From: an uncultured Candidatus Saccharibacteria bacterium
GTDB taxonomy: Bacteria; Patescibacteriota; Minisyncoccia; Phycocordibacterales; UBA9973
Direction of reading: 5' to 3'
DNA length: 30,763 nucleotides
Assembly: GCA_964565285.1 (NCBI GenBank)
Contig: CAZMDL010000015.1
Span: 1-30,763, forward strand
The translations under genes were made by a program, and so were the position numbers. The notes beneath the pieces are model-generated. The model searched no databases. It worked only from the letters and a program-made list of their open reading frames with translations, and was not told the origin of the DNA. Positions within the stretch are counted from its first letter, which is position 1. Every line of letters starts with the position of its first letter. Below are positions 27,818 to 30,763 of the stretch, in pieces.

Positions 27818-28309
27818 TTATTGTTTTGGTGGAGTGTCCATTCCTGCCCATAAATTTATAGTACCAATGTTTGCAGTTCCAGATTGTTTTAGGTATAGGA
27901 ACATTTGCATTTTATAAGCTACCGCCCACTTTAGTGGTCCATTAAGTAAATGCATTGCACGAGTTTGAACTGACCACATATTAACTTCTTCATTCAATTC
28001 TTCTTCTGTCAGGTTATTAATTAAAGGTGTCATGCTACTTATTTGCTTGTCCATCATTTCCCCGAAATTTTCCAATGTTGGAAGAGGTGTTTCTTCTGAG
28101 TATTTTTTGAATGATGACATATCTTTAGTAACTATTGATTCAGTAGATGCTATAAAAATATAAGATAAATAATGCATTAATTCATGCAATGTTCTTTGTC
28201 CGTCTGTTGGCTTGTGGTCTAGCTGGGGTAGTGTAATCTTTTCTGCTAAGTGTTTAATTATTTCAAATTCTTTTTTAAGTGAATTTAAATATTGTTCTTT
28301 TGTGATCAT
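27818..28309 (-). CDS. DinB superfamily-like protein
   Basis: LDHKPTDGQRTLHELMHYLS and AVAYKMQMFLYLKQSG match the helix 2 and helix 4 patterns of DinB/YfiT four-helix bundles. Confidence 0.6.
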   Translation of the reverse strand: MITKEQYLNSLKKEFEIIKHLAEKITLPQLDHKPTDGQRTLHELMHYLSYIFIASTESIVTKDMSSFKKYSEETPLPTLENFGEMMDKQISSMTPLINNLTEEELNEEVNMWSVQTRAMHLLNGPLKWAVAYKMQMFLYLKQSGTANIGTINLWAGMDTPPKQ

Positions 28310-28357
28310 ATTTTGAATTTTTATTAATAACAGTTTTATTAGTATAACATTAATAAT

Positions 28358-29878
28358 TTATTTTACTCCGTGTTTTTGATTTAATTTTTTTATTTCTTCT
28401 TCTTCTAATTCTTCTTTTAAATCCTTTGCTTTCTCCCCTATTTTTTTGAGATCTTCTATTGGTAATTTTAGTAGTTCTAGAGCTCTTTTTTCTAAGTACT
28501 CTTCGGTATTTTTTGTAGAATCTTCTATTACTTCTTCAAGTAATGCGTGTAATGTATAACTAAATTTTGGTCCTGGTTTTTCTCCCATTGCAATTAATCT
28601 TTCCCCATCAATCTTTAATTGCCCTACCGAGATAGGGTCGCGGAGTACTTGTTCAAGCATCGCATGGTATTTACGTAGCCTATAAGGGGCTTCTGCTTTT
28701 TTCATTCCCACTCTGTCGCATTCACGAATTTGCATTAGTTCCCATACATGTTCCTTCCCTACCTTCTGTACTATTCGGCGAACCGCAGAAAGTGTGATTT
28801 GCTCTGTATCTGAGAAAAACATATGATTGCGCACCATTGAAACTACAAAATCTGTTGATTTCTTTGAGAATTTTAAACGCTCCATTATTTTTTGTGTCAT
28901 ACGAGCTCCTACAACTTCATGCCCATAGAAAGTGTAGGCTTTTTTCTCCCCTACTCTTCTTGTACGAGGTTTACCAATATCATGAAACAGTGCAGCTAAA
29001 CGAATTTCTGTAGAGAACCCTTTATCGGCTGAGTGTTGTAATGCTTGAACACAATGCTCAAAAACATCGAATATATGTGCTCCACCTTGGGCACACCCAA
29101 TTCCCTCTTCTAATTCTGGAATTATATATTTAAGTAATCCAAGTTTACTCATCATACCTATCCCGATACTTGGATTCTCACTTTCAATAATTTTTACAAA
29201 TTCATCATGGATTCTTTCTTGAGAGATGTTTTTAAGTAAATGAGCATTTTCAATAATTGACTGCATTGTGTCGTACTCTATAGCAAAATTCAATTGTGTG
29301 GAAAACCTAACTGCTCTTAAAATTCTTAATGCGTCTTCATTAAATCTGTCATGAGCCGAACCTACTGATTTTATTATATTGTCCTTTATATCTTCTTGTC
29401 CTTTATAAAGGTCAATTATCTGTCCTTTTGTGCTATAAGCCAATGCATTTACTGTAAAATCACGTCTTTTAAGGTCATCTTCTATGTTTTTACTGAATGT
29501 AACCTCTTCTGGATGACGAAAATCACTATATTTTGCTTCAATTCTGTATGGTGTGACTTCTACTATGTAATATTCTGGTTTTGTTTCATGTGCAACAGCT
29601 GGTTCATCTTTTTTGGTAGTTTCATGTGTAACATTCTTTGGAATACAAACCCCTACGGTTCCAAATGAATTTTCATATATGGTTTTTTCAAATAAAGGTA
29701 TTATTTGTTCTGGATTAGCATTTGTAGTTATATCCCAATCTTTTGGTTCTTTATTTAAAATAAGATCTCTAACAAATCCACCCACAAGAAAAGCCTCAAA
29801 ACCAGCATTTTCGAGTGTTTCTGTTACATGTGTAACATAATTTGGTATTTTTGAGTCATTTATAAGTTTTTGTTTCAT
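28358..29878 (-). CDS. cca: CCA tRNA nucleotidyltransferase (class II) with HD domain
   Basis: FLVGGFVRD, KDWD, DLKRRDFTVNA, EDALRILRAVRF and HD motif ALFHDIGKP. Start moved to MKQKL (29878) because the track start overlaps the tRNA. Confidence 0.93.
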   Translation of the reverse strand: MKQKLINDSKIPNYVTHVTETLENAGFEAFLVGGFVRDLILNKEPKDWDITTNANPEQIIPLFEKTIYENSFGTVGVCIPKNVTHETTKKDEPAVAHETKPEYYIVEVTPYRIEAKYSDFRHPEEVTFSKNIEDDLKRRDFTVNALAYSTKGQIIDLYKGQEDIKDNIIKSVGSAHDRFNEDALRILRAVRFSTQLNFAIEYDTMQSIIENAHLLKNISQERIHDEFVKIIESENPSIGIGMMSKLGLLKYIIPELEEGIGCAQGGAHIFDVFEHCVQALQHSADKGFSTEIRLAALFHDIGKPRTRRVGEKKAYTFYGHEVVGARMTQKIMERLKFSKKSTDFVVSMVRNHMFFSDTEQITLSAVRRIVQKVGKEHVWELMQIRECDRVGMKKAEAPYRLRKYHAMLEQVLRDPISVGQLKIDGERLIAMGEKPGPKFSYTLHALLEEVIEDSTKNTEEYLEKRALELLKLPIEDLKKIGEKAKDLKEELEEEEIKKLNQKHGVK

Positions 29879-29891
29879 ATGAAACTCTTTG

Positions 29892-29963
29892 TGCACCCGC
29901 CAGGACTCGAACCTGGAAAAACGGTTCCGAAGACCGTTGTGATATCCATTTCACCACGGGTGC
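29892..29963 (-). tRNA. tRNA-Arg (anticodon UCG), CCA not encoded
   Basis: Full cloverleaf: acceptor GCACCCG/CGGGTGC, D stem GTGA/TCAC with A20, anticodon arm ACGGT-CTTCGGA-ACCGT and T arm CCAGG-TTCGAGT-CCTGG. Confidence 0.96.
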
Positions 29964-29991
29964 ATACGGTTATTTATTTGACGACTACTTT

Positions 29992-30020
29992 ATTCTATAC
30001 TAAAAGCATATTTTAGTAAA
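29992..30020 (-). promoter_or_regulatory. Promoter for tRNA-Arg and probably cca
   Basis: TTTACT (30015-30020), 17-nt spacer, TAGAAT (29992-29997). Confidence 0.55.
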
Positions 30021-30051
30021 TAATATTATAAAGTAAGATTAAAATTATGAA

Positions 30052-30080
30052 TTGCATTTTTTATTAAAAATGATTATAAT
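30052..30080 (+). promoter_or_regulatory. Promoter for tRNA-Gly
   Basis: TTGCAT (30052-30057), 17-nt spacer, TATAAT (30075-30080). Confidence 0.7.
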
Positions 30081-30110
30081 TTGAAAGTTGTTTTAAGTAT
30101 TATAGGCATT

Positions 30111-30181
30111 GCGGGATTGGTTTAGTGGTAGAACACGTCCTTGCCAAGGATGAGACAGGAGTTCGATTCTCCTATCCCGCA
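30111..30181 (+). tRNA. tRNA-Gly (anticodon GCC), CCA not encoded
   Basis: Acceptor GCGGGAT/ATCCCGC, D stem GTTT/GAAC, anticodon arm CGTCC-TTGCCAA-GGATG and T arm AGGAG-TTCGATT-CTCCT. Confidence 0.96.
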
Positions 30182-30263
30182 CAATTTAATGAAATATGAT
30201 TATAGGTTCTATAAAAGACGTAATCTCTCAGACAGTCTTTAATAACAAAAAATAGCCTTAATT

Positions 30264-30272
30264 TGTGGATAA
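30264..30272 (-). promoter_or_regulatory. Perfect DnaA box
   Basis: TGTGGATAA, the reverse complement of TTATCCACA, in AT-rich intergenic DNA. Confidence 0.55.
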
Positions 30273-30459
30273 CTATGTGTGTATTGTTTATAAGAGACAG
30301 CATTTAAAATAAAAGCCATTTACCTTAAATTATTAAAAAGCTTATTTTATAAGGGTTTTAACATAAAGACAAGTCATAACACGTATATTGTGTCTAATAA
30401 ATAGTAATATGTTTCACGTGGCACACTTTTTATTGTTACATGTGTAACTTATATAGGGT

Positions 30460-30763
30460 ATGAAGAATTTTACTTCAAATTCACAAAAAATAGGGGAGTT
30501 GGGTGAGAATATTGCTTGTAATTTTTTAATAAAGCATGGTTATTCTATTAAGGAAAGGAATTACACAAGAAAATGGGGTGAAATAGATATTATTGCGGAA
30601 AAGGATAATAAGCTTTATTTTTATGAGGTTAAGTCTAAATCAGTTCATTTATCTGAAGGGGTTTCTCATGAAACAAACAATATATACAGACCTGAAGAAA
30701 ATATGCATTCATGGAAGTTAAAAAGGCTGGCTCGTGTTGTGCAGACTTATTTAATTCAAAATA
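30460..30763 (+). CDS. yraN: YraN family (UPF0102) PD-(D/E)xK nuclease-fold protein, 3' end outside window
   Basis: IGELGENIACNFL, ERNYTRKWGEIDIIA and FYEVKS; open to the window end. Missing from the ORF track. Confidence 0.9.
   Translation, partial: MKNFTSNSQKIGELGENIACNFLIKHGYSIKERNYTRKWGEIDIIAEKDNKLYFYEVKSKSVHLSEGVSHETNNIYRPEENMHSWKLKRLARVVQTYLIQN

Larger units (their letters stand above)
29582..30675. promoter_or_regulatory. Cluster of seven parS-like 16-mers
   Basis: 29582 TGTTTCATGTGCAACA; 29618 AGTTTCATGTGTAACA; 29822 TGTTACATGTGTAACA; 29871 TGTTTCATATGAAACT; 30410 TGTTTCACGTGGCACA; 30434 TGTTACATGTGTAACT; 30660 GGTTTCTCATGAAACA. Each matches TGTTTCACGTGAAACA at 12-14 of 16 positions. 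Confidence 0.72.

Noticed and set aside
305-29840. The many 60-240 aa ORFs antisense to or overlapping the long genes (e.g. 15123-15836, 17295-17630, 24435-24836)
   Set aside because: They are shadow frames of real genes with no recognisable motifs or independent expression signals.
1-30763. Alternative genetic code (TGA = Gly, code 25)
   Set aside because: All recognisable genes translate full length under code 11, with no in-frame TGA breaking conserved domains.

Overview
AT-rich, gene-dense bacterial chromosome segment using standard code 11. Gene content and protein families point to Patescibacteria/CPR, most like Parcubacteria; this taxonomy is my inference. Left 9 kb: a minus-strand cluster of five exported or membrane proteins, led by a VirB6/TrbL-like polytopic protein that runs off the window edge and is missing from the ORF track. 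Middle: rsmA, a PcrA/UvrD helicase, three uncharacterised genes (two large coiled-coil proteins), a LysM-M23 peptidase coupled to a secreted Lys-rich peptide, comM, a DksA/TraR protein, pnp, a HAD/PfkB pair, a NYN nuclease, rpsO, a Xer-type recombinase and xth. Right end: an unannotated 49-aa membrane ORF, a DinB-like protein, a CCA-adding enzyme, divergent tRNA-Arg(UCG) and tRNA-Gly(GCC), and a partial yraN. Main non-gene signals: (1) seven parS-like 16-mers in 1.1 kb, several written in-frame into proteins, next to a perfect DnaA box; (2) a -10 element 6-9 nt before the ATG of eleven genes with no Shine-Dalgarno, suggesting widespread leaderless transcription; (3) a 71-nt hairpin in the pnp leader; (4) several long, near-loopless palindromes acting as likely terminators. 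No database searches or folding programs were run; family calls rest on motifs read by eye.
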